The position numbers and the translations under genes are program-made. 39,201 nt of DNA from UHGV virus genome UHGV-0121072; one strand, 5' to 3'. A model generated the notes under the pieces. The model saw only the letters and a list, made by a program, of their open reading frames with translations, did not search any database and was not told the origin of the DNA. The DNA is from a virus. How positions within the stretch are numbered: the first letter of the stretch is position 1; every line of letters begins with the position of its first letter. This document shows, one piece after another, positions 26,155-34,747 of the stretch.

Positions 26155-28512
26155 TTAGACGGAACGAGCTTTCTTAGCGTATGACGCCTCCCAGCCACAC
26201 CCAACGATTGACACTGGGGTAGGGTAGTCGGACTCTAAGGTTAGACTCGTGGTTAATGCGTTACCATTCATAGCGAAGCGATACTGTCCATCCCCAATGC
26301 TGGTAGTCCCAATTGTCTGCTGACCAAGGGTGTACCCGTTGAAGGTGTTCACGAACTCACGCTCACCGTTTCTGACAATTAGTCTCAGAGCGCCAGTGTC
26401 CTTGTAGTTTACCCAAGCCCTGCGAAGCTGTAGACGCCCAGTGTCTTCAGACTGAGTACCACTATCGTCTTCAATCTTAATAAGGAACCGTGAGAACTTG
26501 TAGGACATCAGATAAGACCTTCCGATGAACACTGTACGTCCTGACCAATCGCCGTTGAGTACAGCCACAGTTGAGATGTCAGTCAATTCACCAAGGTCCA
26601 CGTAGGCACCCTGACTGTCAATAAGATAGTACCGACCGGGAGACGGAGCGTTTCCACCATAAGCAGAACCAATGTCAACCGTAGTCTTATAGGTGTCAGA
26701 GTTGTATGAGTCAATTGGTATTACCATAGACACCTTGGAGTCAACGTGGAGTCTATACGGCTCTAATGGAAAGTCAGTTGCCTCCTTGATGAACTTAAGG
26801 TGCTCAAGGTCCACGCCGCCTTGGTGCTGACGAACAATGAACATGGTAGAGCCAATCGACGCAGACGCCAGAATCTTATCAGTTTTAGGGAACTCCCAGT
26901 GCGACCAAGAGGCTTGAAGCTGTACGCCGTCCTTAAACAAGAACTTGTAGATGTAGATTCGGTTGTATGCACCTGTAGAGTTTACGCAGATGTAGTTCTC
27001 AGTCCCGGTACCTTGAATATCGAACACCCCGTTAGGGATGTAGGACAGTACGTGACCAGTTGTATCATCGGCATCCTTCACATCAGACACATCAGCTACA
27101 GCGAAGTATCGCTTAATGCTGGTGAATGACCCACGAGGCGCTGAGAAGAAGACTGAGCGTCCTACAGCGAACGGTCTGGCATTGTCACCTAGGGCAAACT
27201 CTGAGCCTACATCAAGCTGGATAGACTTCGAGGTAAGTACCCCAGAGCTTGTCATCACGAACTGCACCTCGTCAGACCAAAGTAGTAGCTGCTCGCTAAA
27301 CGGAACGGCATACTTAAGGATTGAGATTCGAGGGTGACTTACAGCTACGTCAATAGGGTCATCATCACTCAGTGTCGCCACACTCTTAGGGAAGAACGCA
27401 AAGTAGCTGGCTGAACGGCTCATGATTACGTTCTCACCTGACAAGAACCCAAGCCTGTTCCTGTAGAAGAACACATCGTTAATCGTAGCATCCACGAAGC
27501 TAGGCATAGGGTTTGTGTCATCATTACCAGCACCACGCTTAGACCAGTCCAGAGTCTTGAACTCAAAGGAGCCATCAGATTGTCGTACCAGAGCGTGTGG
27601 CATTGTGGTGTTATCGAACCCAGTGACAACTCCCGGCTCCACTGTCTCCTTCCACGTCTTAGTGTTGGAGTCATATATCACGTAGTATTCATCGGCGCTA
27701 CTGTTTGTCTCGCCTTGAATCTTAATGATATACCCATTAGGAGCGGCAAGAGGTAGTTTAGAGATTGTCTGCACAGTGTCTAGGACTGGGCTTATTAGCT
27801 GGTTAGCGTAGCCGTCCTCCGTCTCCACTGAGTTAATATCGGTCCCTGAAGGAGCTGTGATTAGCAGGAATCCAGACCCAAGGTCAAACGTGAAGGTAGG
27901 ATAGGCAGCAACAAGAAGGTCTCTCAGAGCTGCTCCAATGGCTTGAGCGTCCACCTTAGGTGGGTCATTCTTGGCATCATTACCTGCTGGCAACTTATGC
28001 GAAACCTTAACGCCTCCGTTGATTCCTACCTTAAGGGTGCGACCATACTGTCCCCCACGAAGGTTGATTAAAGCATGAGCTTTACGATTATAACCAGAGT
28101 GTGACTTCTCGCTTCCACCTTTAACGACAACCTTACGGTTAACGACGAACGTATAGTCTGCCACGGTAACGACACGGATGTCATCTCGGGGGTTGGAGGA
28201 CTTAACGTAGTCTACCGCACCTGACACTGAGTATTGATTGCCACTCAAGTCAACTACCTGAATGTTGGACCCATTGAACACGATGTAATACTGCTCATGC
28301 TCGTCACGGTTAATCAGATGGAACTTAGGGTTGCTCCCAACGTCGATGTTAAGACGTCTCTTGAAGACTGTAGGTGGGCGCTTCTGGAGGCCATCACTCT
28401 CGGATGACCAGCAGTTAACCTGTTCCTCGCCTTGGTCTGAGAACCTCAGTATATCAGGCTGCTGGCTAATGCCACCTTTAAGATTTTTTATGCTTTGTGT
28501 GATAAGCGGCAT
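26155..28512 (-). CDS. gp12: Tail tubular protein B
   Basis: 785 aa; QSIKNLKGGISQQPDILRF, FYRNRLGFLSGENVI, DDDPIDVAVS, RLQLRRAWVNY, IVGCGWE match T7 gp12. Confidence 0.93.
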   Translation of the reverse strand: MPLITQSIKNLKGGISQQPDILRFSDQGEEQVNCWSSESDGLQKRPPTVFKRRLNIDVGSNPKFHLINRDEHEQYYIVFNGSNIQVVDLSGNQYSVSGAVDYVKSSNPRDDIRVVTVADYTFVVNRKVVVKGGSEKSHSGYNRKAHALINLRGGQYGRTLKVGINGGVKVSHKLPAGNDAKNDPPKVDAQAIGAALRDLLVAAYPTFTFDLGSGFLLITAPSGTDINSVETEDGYANQLISPVLDTVQTISKLPLAAPNGYIIKIQGETNSSADEYYVIYDSNTKTWKETVEPGVVTGFDNTTMPHALVRQSDGSFEFKTLDWSKRGAGNDDTNPMPSFVDATINDVFFYRNRLGFLSGENVIMSRSASYFAFFPKSVATLSDDDPIDVAVSHPRISILKYAVPFSEQLLLWSDEVQFVMTSSGVLTSKSIQLDVGSEFALGDNARPFAVGRSVFFSAPRGSFTSIKRYFAVADVSDVKDADDTTGHVLSYIPNGVFDIQGTGTENYICVNSTGAYNRIYIYKFLFKDGVQLQASWSHWEFPKTDKILASASIGSTMFIVRQHQGGVDLEHLKFIKEATDFPLEPYRLHVDSKVSMVIPIDSYNSDTYKTTVDIGSAYGGNAPSPGRYYLIDSQGAYVDLGELTDISTVAVLNGDWSGRTVFIGRSYLMSYKFSRFLIKIEDDSGTQSEDTGRLQLRRAWVNYKDTGALRLIVRNGEREFVNTFNGYTLGQQTIGTTSIGDGQYRFAMNGNALTTSLTLESDYPTPVSIVGCGWEASYAKKARSV

Positions 28513-28521
28513 AGGCCCTCC

Positions 28522-28749
28522 TTAAATCATACTCATTAGGACGTATCCGTCAGCGATGTCACCAACGTCAGCAATGTGGACAACCTTACGTGCTACCTGT
28601 TGTCCAGTATACCCGTTGTCCCACTCGTTCAGGATAAGCCAGTCGCCAACCTTAAAGTCCCGGTCGTTAAGTCTCAGCTCTGCTGTCTTTAGACCTAGCT
28701 GTACCGGACCAAAGTGCTGGCGGTGAATCTTCAGGTTGTGACTAGCCAT
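28522..28749 (-). CDS. Small ASCH-like (DUF3850-type) protein, 75 aa, inserted between tail tubular genes
   Basis: ATG overlaps gp11 stop (TAATG) with GGAGG SD; pattern LKIHRQHFGPVQLGLKTAELRLNDRDFKVGDWLIL...YTG...GYVLMS recalls DUF3850 proteins (from memory). Confidence 0.5.
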   Translation of the reverse strand: MASHNLKIHRQHFGPVQLGLKTAELRLNDRDFKVGDWLILNEWDNGYTGQQVARKVVHIADVGDIADGYVLMSMI

Positions 28750-29315
28750 TAGTCCCTCCCGATGTCAGACATCATGTTGTAGCGACCAGTGTCCATCTCG
28801 TACTCCATAACCTGCTGATAGAGTTCTGCTTCCTGCTCACGAAGGTATAGCTCTGACTCTTGGCTACCGAAGAACTTAGCGTTGAACTCACGGCTGGCCT
28901 TGGTAACGATGTAGTCCCTGAATACCACTGGCATCTCAGAGAATGGTTTCATCTCAACAAGCTCCACCGTTATAGGGTCGGTGAAAGTGGTTGACTGAGT
29001 GGACAGGTCGTACAGGTATCCACCCATGTTGCTGTAGTAGCTGGTGGCCCCGGCAGTCATTACACGAAGGTATGACGGTAGGAATCGAATCCTATTGTCT
29101 TGGACATCAGGTGTCAGGACAGCAGCTTCGTTGATATTAAAGTTCCAGCCTTTAGCTTGGACCTGACGATTGACACGATGCAGTATACGTTGAGCGTTCG
29201 AGACGTCAGCGTTCCCCTCGTCAAGCTGTAGGACTGCTGGTTCACCGATAGCAGCTAACATATCGTTGATGGCATCTAAGTCATCGTTAGCATTCAGTGG
29301 AATGTAGTGAGCCAT
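28749..29315 (-). CDS. gp11: Tail tubular protein A
   Basis: 188 aa from ATG at 29315 (AGGAGG SD); INDMLAAIGEP, RILHRVNRQVQAKGWNFNI, IVTKASREFN resemble T7 gp11. The track's upstream ATG (29345) lacks an SD. Confidence 0.85.
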   Translation of the reverse strand: MAHYIPLNANDDLDAINDMLAAIGEPAVLQLDEGNADVSNAQRILHRVNRQVQAKGWNFNINEAAVLTPDVQDNRIRFLPSYLRVMTAGATSYYSNMGGYLYDLSTQSTTFTDPITVELVEMKPFSEMPVVFRDYIVTKASREFNAKFFGSQESELYLREQEAELYQQVMEYEMDTGRYNMMSDIGRD

Positions 29316-29323
29316 ACTCCCTC

Positions 29324-29413
29324 CTATCTGTCGTAAGGACTGCATGGTCCAGTTAGTAGCATAGTCACCCAGAAACTAACAAATAGTCCCAAGGCTATAA
29401 GTAAATAGCACAT
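29324..29413 (-). CDS. Candidate 29-aa hydrophobic peptide between the terminator and gene 11
   Basis: ATG at 29413 with GAGGAG SD; MCYLLIALGLFVSFWVTMLLTGPCSPYDR; stop lies within the gp11 SD. Confidence 0.2.
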   Translation of the reverse strand: MCYLLIALGLFVSFWVTMLLTGPCSPYDR

Positions 29414-29437
29414 AAGTCTCCTCTCACTTTAAGCACG

Positions 29438-29478
29438 AAAAAAAAACCCTCAAGCACCCGAAGGCACCCAAGGGTTTT
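29438..29478 (-). terminator. Tphi-like transcription terminator after gene 10
   Basis: Minus-sense RNA ACCCUUGGGUGCC-UUCG-GGUGCUUGAGGGU (13-bp stem with G.U pairs, UUCG loop) followed by a run of 9 U; same position and style as T7 Tphi. Confidence 0.75.
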
Positions 29479-29488
29479 CATATAGTTA

Positions 29489-30663
29489 TCATTCAGTAGC
29501 AGCTAACTCAGCTTCCTTTCGAGCCTTGTTTGCCGCACGGGTACGGGCAGCTTTCTGTTGTGGCGTTAGCTCTTGCTCAACTTCAGTAAGGGACTCAGTG
29601 TCCCCTACGAGTTTGCGAGAAGTTAAGCCTCGTTGAAAACCAGCGCACCACATGCTTCAGGACGCAGACCACCGTGACCCATAGCGTACTTACCAACAAT
29701 CAGGTCACCCTGAGCATCGACGTCGCGGTCACGTTCCAGCGCCAAGTCACGCAGCTTAACAGTACCCACAGCAGAGCGGTGAGAGAACAGACCCACAACG
29801 TTGTCAATAGCAACTTTAACGTCGCCAGTAACAGTCGCCGGGAATGCGTGTTTCTGACCTGAAGCGATAGTGATACCGTCGGCACCACGGGTCTCACCAG
29901 CACCACCCTGTACCAGATGCGGAACTTCAACAACAACGAAGCCCATCACGTTACGGATGTTACCAGTCTCTGGGTCAATCAGCGCAGCATAGTTAGCAGC
30001 GTTCGGCATCAGAGCCGCGAGGATTGCAGAGTAGTTGTCCGGCGTGGTGTAGAAGTAACGGTCGCCAGCAGGAACGTAGTTGGAGGTCAGCTTCGCACGA
30101 GCAATGGTCAGTTGACCGATGATTGCTTCACCCAGTTTAGCCGGGGTATCGAGGTCAGCCTTCTTACCAACTTCCAGTACGGACGCAGTACCCAGACCTG
30201 CGATGTTCTCGTTGGATGCAGCCGGGAGGTTACACAGGATGGCCATTTCAGCAAGCACCGCACCATCGGCAGCGATAGCCAGAGCTTCACCCAACTGGTT
30301 GGAATACTCGCCAGCCACGTCATAGTGGTTCATCGCGTCTTCAATGTCGAAAATCATCACATCGGCAGTCAGCAGACCATCAATGGTAATCACTTTCTCG
30401 GTATGTTTAATACCTTTACGCTTATCGGACAGTCGCTCACCCGGAGCCAGATACACACCAGAGGTGCGACCCATGACCGGGAACTGAGCAGACTTACCGT
30501 TCTGAATGGTACGGACAATATGTTTGTCAGCAGTTACAGAGCGGCGAGTGAATGCGGTCAGGACTTCACCAGCAAATACCTTCAGGAACAACGCCAGAGC
30601 GTCGGAACTGGATTTGCCTTTACCTTGGTCTGTACCAATTTTCTGACCCGGAACGTTTGCCAT
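29489..30663 (-). CDS. gp10B: Minor capsid protein 10B produced by -1 frameshift near the end of 10A (predicted)
   Basis: Slippery G GTT TTC (29641..29635) four codons before the 10A stop; the -1 frame stays open for 48 codons and stops at 29491..29489 just before the terminator. Confidence 0.55.
29623..30663 (-). CDS. gp10A: Major capsid protein 10A
   Basis: 346 aa; KHTEKVITIDGLLTADV, DIEDAMNHYDV, ALMPNAANYAALIDPE, HRSAVGTVKLRDLALER, KYAMGHGGLRPEA match T7 gp10A; AGGAGA SD. Confidence 0.96.
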   Translation of the reverse strand: MANVPGQKIGTDQGKGKSSSDALALFLKVFAGEVLTAFTRRSVTADKHIVRTIQNGKSAQFPVMGRTSGVYLAPGERLSDKRKGIKHTEKVITIDGLLTADVMIFDIEDAMNHYDVAGEYSNQLGEALAIAADGAVLAEMAILCNLPAASNENIAGLGTASVLEVGKKADLDTPAKLGEAIIGQLTIARAKLTSNYVPAGDRYFYTTPDNYSAILAALMPNAANYAALIDPETGNIRNVMGFVVVEVPHLVQGGAGETRGADGITIASGQKHAFPATVTGDVKVAIDNVVGLFSHRSAVGTVKLRDLALERDRDVDAQGDLIVGKYAMGHGGLRPEACGALVFNEA

Positions 30664-30777
30664 ATGATAATTCTCCTATTCAATTGAAAGATAAAGTTTA
30701 TTACTTACTGTATGCCCAATCCGTATGGACTGAAGTAATAGGGAAACATTGAGTCTCTTCCTTTCAGAGTCTCTTGG

Positions 30778-30799
30778 TCTCCCTATAGTGATAGTTTAG
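30778..30799 (-). promoter_or_regulatory. Phage RNAP promoter, best consensus copy (CTAAACTATCACTATAGGGAGACC), upstream of the capsid gene
   Basis: Position equals T7 phi10; carries the GGGAGA initiation sequence. Confidence 0.8.
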
Positions 30800-30801
30800 T
30801 C

Positions 30802-31686
30802 CTACAGGCTTGAGGCGGCTACCTTAGCGCGAACTTCCATCGTGTACTTAGCGTCACGCAGGTATCGCGGGTCACTCATAGCCTTAATCATGTCAGCCTT
30901 GGAGCTGAATGCTTCGGTCTGAGGAGCCTTAGGTGCGACCACAGGTTTAGCCTGAGTGGTGATGGTACGCTGAGGTTTAACGCCCACAGCTTTACCCAGA
31001 GTCTTGCCAGCCAGATTCAGCAGAGCTTTGGTAGTCGCAATGTCCTTACGAACGATAGCAGCTTCCAGTGCCTCACGAGTTGACGGGTCGTTTGACTCAA
31101 GGTGTGACAGGATTCGATTAAACTGTTCAGCACCACCAGCGTAGCGAACCACACCAGCAGCATACTGTTCAGCCAGAGCTTCCTGACCACGGACAAACGA
31201 ATCTACGAAACGCTTGGTGTAACCTGCTTCCTGCAACTTAGCGTAGGATGCGTCAGACAGCTTACCGTCCTTGGCGTATTCAGCCTTGATAGCGGCAATT
31301 TCATCAGCAGTGACCTTGCCAGCTTCTACAGCAGAAGACACCATGTCGTCAAATGCAGCTTCGTTTTCATCCAGAGCGGTGACACTTTCGGTCAGCTCTT
31401 TCGGAGCATCACCCAGTTCAACGAACTCAGGTTGCTCACCATCGGTCTCAGACTCGTCGTCGTCGGACTCGTGGTCATCTTCACCTTCAGTCTCTTCGAC
31501 GTTTTCGTCTTCTTCGGTCGCCTCTTCGTTTTCGGCTTCCAGTTGCTTGAAGGTAATAGCGTCATCGCCATCACGAACAGCTACGTCCTGTTCAAGCATA
31601 GACTTCTGGTGTTCGTTCAGGTCCTCAACGGAACCAGTGATTGCATTAGAGCTAACGCCGAACTCGGCATAAACTGATTGAGACAT
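30802..31686 (-). CDS. gp9: Capsid assembly (scaffolding) protein
   Basis: 294 aa from ATG at 31686 (AAGGAG SD); acidic central region; KAMSDPRY and GYTKRFVDSFVRGQEAL match T7 gp9. Confidence 0.88.
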   Translation of the reverse strand: MSQSVYAEFGVSSNAITGSVEDLNEHQKSMLEQDVAVRDGDDAITFKQLEAENEEATEEDENVEETEGEDDHESDDDESETDGEQPEFVELGDAPKELTESVTALDENEAAFDDMVSSAVEAGKVTADEIAAIKAEYAKDGKLSDASYAKLQEAGYTKRFVDSFVRGQEALAEQYAAGVVRYAGGAEQFNRILSHLESNDPSTREALEAAIVRKDIATTKALLNLAGKTLGKAVGVKPQRTITTQAKPVVAPKAPQTEAFSSKADMIKAMSDPRYLRDAKYTMEVRAKVAASSL

Positions 31687-31757
31687 TGAGTCATTCTCCT
31701 TTGATTGAAATGGTAGGAACAACGGGACTAGAAACCTACAAATTGTAGACCAGACGT

Positions 31758-31779
31758 TGTTCCTATAGTGATAGTTTAG
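31758..31779 (-). promoter_or_regulatory. Phage RNAP promoter (CTAAACTATCACTATAGGAA) upstream of the scaffold gene
   Basis: Consensus copy; position equals T7 phi9. Confidence 0.75.
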
Positions 31780-33344
31780 GCTTGAGCCATGTCCTCACCA
31801 GCTCCCTGACCTACAGCAGCACCCATGTTAGCACCAGCAGCAGACGCACCGTTGACCACAGCTCCTTGAGCGGATTGTTCAGCAATACGTTGCATCTTCT
31901 CGTCCTGAGTAAGCAGTAAACCAGCCGTGTCAATACCTAAGGCGTTCAGCAGTCGCAGCTTCAGGGTCGGCAAGTTAATGTCTGGGTCCTGTTGCAGAGG
32001 CTGTAGCCCGGTCATCATGTTGACTGCCTGAGTCAGCTTCTCCAAGTCCTGACCACGTCCCAGAGCTTCCAGACCAGTGGAGACCGTAGGCTCTACCGCT
32101 TCTTTCGGAAGGTCAGGAATCATGCCAGCAGACTGAAGCTGGTTCATCAACACACGGACTATAGGTAACTGAAGCTCTTGTGACTGCACTGAGTACACGC
32201 CACCTAAGGTCGCCTCCAGTTCGCCTGCAACATAACGAATCTCTTCAGCAGTGACCCGCTCGGCATTACGCTGAACAGCACTATTAAGAAGGAAGGCCCA
32301 GCCTAAACGTTGCTCGATAGCGTCAGCCACCGACTTGGCAATCGTAAAGTCCTGACCTTTCGTCAGTTGCAGGAAGTTGATGTCCTCAACTCGACCAGCC
32401 ACGAACTCACCTGTAGCCGCCTTGTTCAGACGACGAGGTTGCGTGATACCGTTCGGGTTAACGAGGCCCACCACCTTGGAGGCTACCTTAGCCATTTTGG
32501 TGATAGCTTCTGTAATCGTCTCCAGCGAGTTCAGGTCTCCCAGATACTCCTCGCAGTAAGAACGACCATAGTCTTCACCATCTAGTCGAACCATTCGTAC
32601 TGGGATGTACGGACATGCAGTCAGCGGGTATGAACCATCGGTCCCTGCTACCTCAATGCCTTCAACTTCCTCGTAGCGCAGATACTCGTCGTCCTGACGG
32701 TAGATGTGCGTATACACTTCAAGCTCTGTGTCAGGCTCATAGTCGTCTGCGTTGAGTTGAGACTTCACGTCTTCCGGTAGAGCACTAAACGCTACCTTGT
32801 CGAGAGTCACAATCTGCAAGATGTTACCGAACGCATCACGTTGAACAACGTAAGACACTAAGCGGTACATTCGCATGGGACTGTAAGTACCCTGTTCAGG
32901 CTCTGGAATGTAGAGCAGACAGTTACCGGAGACGATAAGCTGCTTCAGAGCTTCGAACAATGGGACACGGAAACTGTTGGTCTCCATGTAGGCCATCAAC
33001 ACACGCTCTACCATAGCCAGTCCTTCGTCAACACGAGCAGCAGCCTCTGAGTCCTGACTCAAGGTCTTTGCCTCATATTCGGAGACTGTCAGTCGCATCC
33101 ACGGTGACTGAGGGAATAATGCCAACATCAGCTTTGCAGCCAAGTTGTTCAAGCAGCGAGCACCTACAGCTTGCCACGGAGTTGTGTACTCAGTAGACGA
33201 GTTGTCGGACTCCTTAGGAAAAAGTGACGGGATAGTGACAGCAGCACAGTTCTGAGCGCGTGTCTCGTAAGGCTGTCGTCCGTTCTTCAATCTATCATAA
33301 ACTGACTTCGCGCCTTCAGCAGCAAATCCTTCACGTTCAGCCAT
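31776..33344 (-). CDS. gp8: Portal (head-to-tail connector) protein
   Basis: 522 aa; GAKSVYDRLKN, PYETRAQNCA, TPWQAVGAR, YRLVSYVVQRDAFGN, ACPYIPVRMVRLDGEDYGRSY match T7 gp8. Confidence 0.96.
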   Translation of the reverse strand: MAEREGFAAEGAKSVYDRLKNGRQPYETRAQNCAAVTIPSLFPKESDNSSTEYTTPWQAVGARCLNNLAAKLMLALFPQSPWMRLTVSEYEAKTLSQDSEAAARVDEGLAMVERVLMAYMETNSFRVPLFEALKQLIVSGNCLLYIPEPEQGTYSPMRMYRLVSYVVQRDAFGNILQIVTLDKVAFSALPEDVKSQLNADDYEPDTELEVYTHIYRQDDEYLRYEEVEGIEVAGTDGSYPLTACPYIPVRMVRLDGEDYGRSYCEEYLGDLNSLETITEAITKMAKVASKVVGLVNPNGITQPRRLNKAATGEFVAGRVEDINFLQLTKGQDFTIAKSVADAIEQRLGWAFLLNSAVQRNAERVTAEEIRYVAGELEATLGGVYSVQSQELQLPIVRVLMNQLQSAGMIPDLPKEAVEPTVSTGLEALGRGQDLEKLTQAVNMMTGLQPLQQDPDINLPTLKLRLLNALGIDTAGLLLTQDEKMQRIAEQSAQGAVVNGASAAGANMGAAVGQGAGEDMAQA

Positions 33345-33356
33345 CTACGTGCCTCC

Positions 33357-33605
33357 TTATAAAGAAATACCGCCACCAGAGGTACGAGAGACCTGAAGGC
33401 TACGCTTACCAGAACGCTTCACTTTCTTCTCATCAGATGCGGTTGTTTCAGTATCCACATCCTCCACTTTGTCGTTCGGTACTTCCACTGGTGCTGCTGG
33501 GGCCTGAGCCTCAACAACCTTAGGTGCATCGTCAGCTCCAAGACCAACGGTACCTAGCGTACTTTTCACCACTTTCTTGAATGCCTTACTGATTGATTTA
33601 CCCAA
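33357..33605 (-). CDS. gp7.3: Tail/ejection protein gp7.3-like
   Basis: 82 aa; MGK..., Lys-rich N-terminus and C-terminal SGGGI as in T7 gp7.3. Confidence 0.75.
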   Translation of the reverse strand: MGKSISKAFKKVVKSTLGTVGLGADDAPKVVEAQAPAAPVEVPNDKVEDVDTETTASDEKKVKRSGKRSLQVSRTSGGGISL

Positions 33606-34002
33606 GATTAATCTCCTTAGTTGTTACGATGTCTACCGACCCTGAAACATGCTTGACACGAGAATACCAGTCAAGACCCCAACGCTTGCACTCTTCGTTT
33701 ATGATGTGCCTGACAGTCTCAAGAACCTTGCGGGAGGACTGCGAGTCACGACGAATAGCGACGATTGAAAGGTCAAGACCGGGAGTCGGTCGGTGCCAAG
33801 ATGCGGTAGCCAGCATGTAGAGATACGCTACTGGTTGACCTGAGACATCGTAGATTGTGTACTCTTCACCGTCGAACTCGTCAGCCATACGGTAAGTATG
33901 AGCCTTGAAGTCCTCGAATGTCTTGAAGTTAGACTGCCCGTCTTCCCAGAGGCGACAAGCGCACATGTGGCGACCTTCGCGTGAGTTGAGATATGGTAGC
34001 AT
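33598..34002 (-). CDS. gp7: gp7-like virion protein
   Basis: 134 aa; C-terminal half resembles T7 gp7; start choice uncertain (weak SD at both candidate ATGs). Confidence 0.65.
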   Translation of the reverse strand: MLPYLNSREGRHMCACRLWEDGQSNFKTFEDFKAHTYRMADEFDGEEYTIYDVSGQPVAYLYMLATASWHRPTPGLDLSIVAIRRDSQSSRKVLETVRHIINEECKRWGLDWYSRVKHVSGSVDIVTTKEINLG

Positions 34003-34006
34003 TGTC

Positions 34007-34231
34007 TTACCCCATGTTTACGCCAGAGGCTCGCATAGCGCGGCTCACTGACGATTTATCTTTAGGTGCAGACTCCTTCTTGACCTTCAGGTCTTTGATA
34101 CCTTTGGTCTCGTTGATGTCCACATCCGATTCAGCCCCGATGTCAACTGACGCAACTTCCTCACTCAGAGGTGCTGGTTCAGGTGCTTGGACCGAAGGCT
34201 TCGGAGTGCTAATCTTCGGACTGAAACACAT
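34007..34231 (-). CDS. gp6.7: gp6.7-like virion protein
   Basis: 74 aa; N-terminal MCFSPKI and PEPAPL as in T7 gp6.7; AGGAGG SD. Confidence 0.75.
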   Translation of the reverse strand: MCFSPKISTPKPSVQAPEPAPLSEEVASVDIGAESDVDINETKGIKDLKVKKESAPKDKSSVSRAMRASGVNMG

Positions 34232-34245
34232 AGTCCCTCCTATAG

Positions 34246-34518
34246 TTAATCGAACTGAACGGTATCTTTCAGCTCACGACGCATAGCAATCGCAGAGTCT
34301 AGAGTGTCAGAGCAATACTGGAGACCCTTGATAAACCCGGCAATGAACGCATCGCTGTAGCCCTGCTGCTTGAGGAGACTAATAGCTCCCATCTTCTCAG
34401 CGTAGCTTGCGTTGAACAATACGTGCAGGAACTGGATGGCAGACTGGGAGATGTTCGGGACATCAAGTCTTTCTTCCTGTAACTGCTTAACAACGTTTTC
34501 AATAGCATTAATCGCCAT
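34246..34518 (-). CDS. Hypothetical protein (gp6.5 position), 90 aa
   Basis: ORF downstream of the phi6.5-like promoter with AGGAG SD; synteny only. Confidence 0.5.
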   Translation of the reverse strand: MAINAIENVVKQLQEERLDVPNISQSAIQFLHVLFNASYAEKMGAISLLKQQGYSDAFIAGFIKGLQYCSDTLDSAIAMRRELKDTVQFD

Positions 34519-34579
34519 CTTGAAGCTCCTCTTTAAGTTAAGACTAAAGTCTATCTTATAGTCATATCTTAGGTCCTAA

Positions 34580-34601
34580 AGTCCCTATAGTGATAGTTTA
34601 G
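34580..34601 (-). promoter_or_regulatory. Phage RNAP promoter (CTAAACTATCACTATAGGGA) upstream of the gp6.5-position gene
   Basis: Consensus copy; position equals T7 phi6.5. Confidence 0.75.
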
Positions 34602-34654
34602 TGTTTCACCTATGGATGACTGTTGGATTGATAGGATATGACTATCGGTTAGAC

Positions 34655-34747
34655 TCAGTGTTTAGGGCGGTTGTTCGACCCGAACCACTTATACATGCAG
34701 TAAAGGGCCAGAAGTCCGACCCAGTAGATTACATGGATGGTGTCCAC
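34655..34747 (-). CDS. Candidate 30-aa hydrophobic peptide with GTG start (gp6.3 position)
   Basis: GTG at 34747 preceded by AAGGAGG at 7-nt spacing; overlaps the 3' end of gene 6 in another frame. Confidence 0.2.
   Translation of the reverse strand: MDTIHVIYWVGLLALYCMYKWFGSNNRPKH

Noticed and set aside
29917-30687. Plus-strand ORFs from the six-frame track (256 aa here; also 34810..35355, 9465..9818, 13457..13888 and all other + ORFs)
   Set aside because: Each lies antisense to a well-supported phage gene (capsid, exonuclease, RNAP, terminase). T7-like genomes are transcribed from one strand, every promoter copy and both terminators are on the minus strand, and these ORFs lack SD sequences and recognisable motifs.
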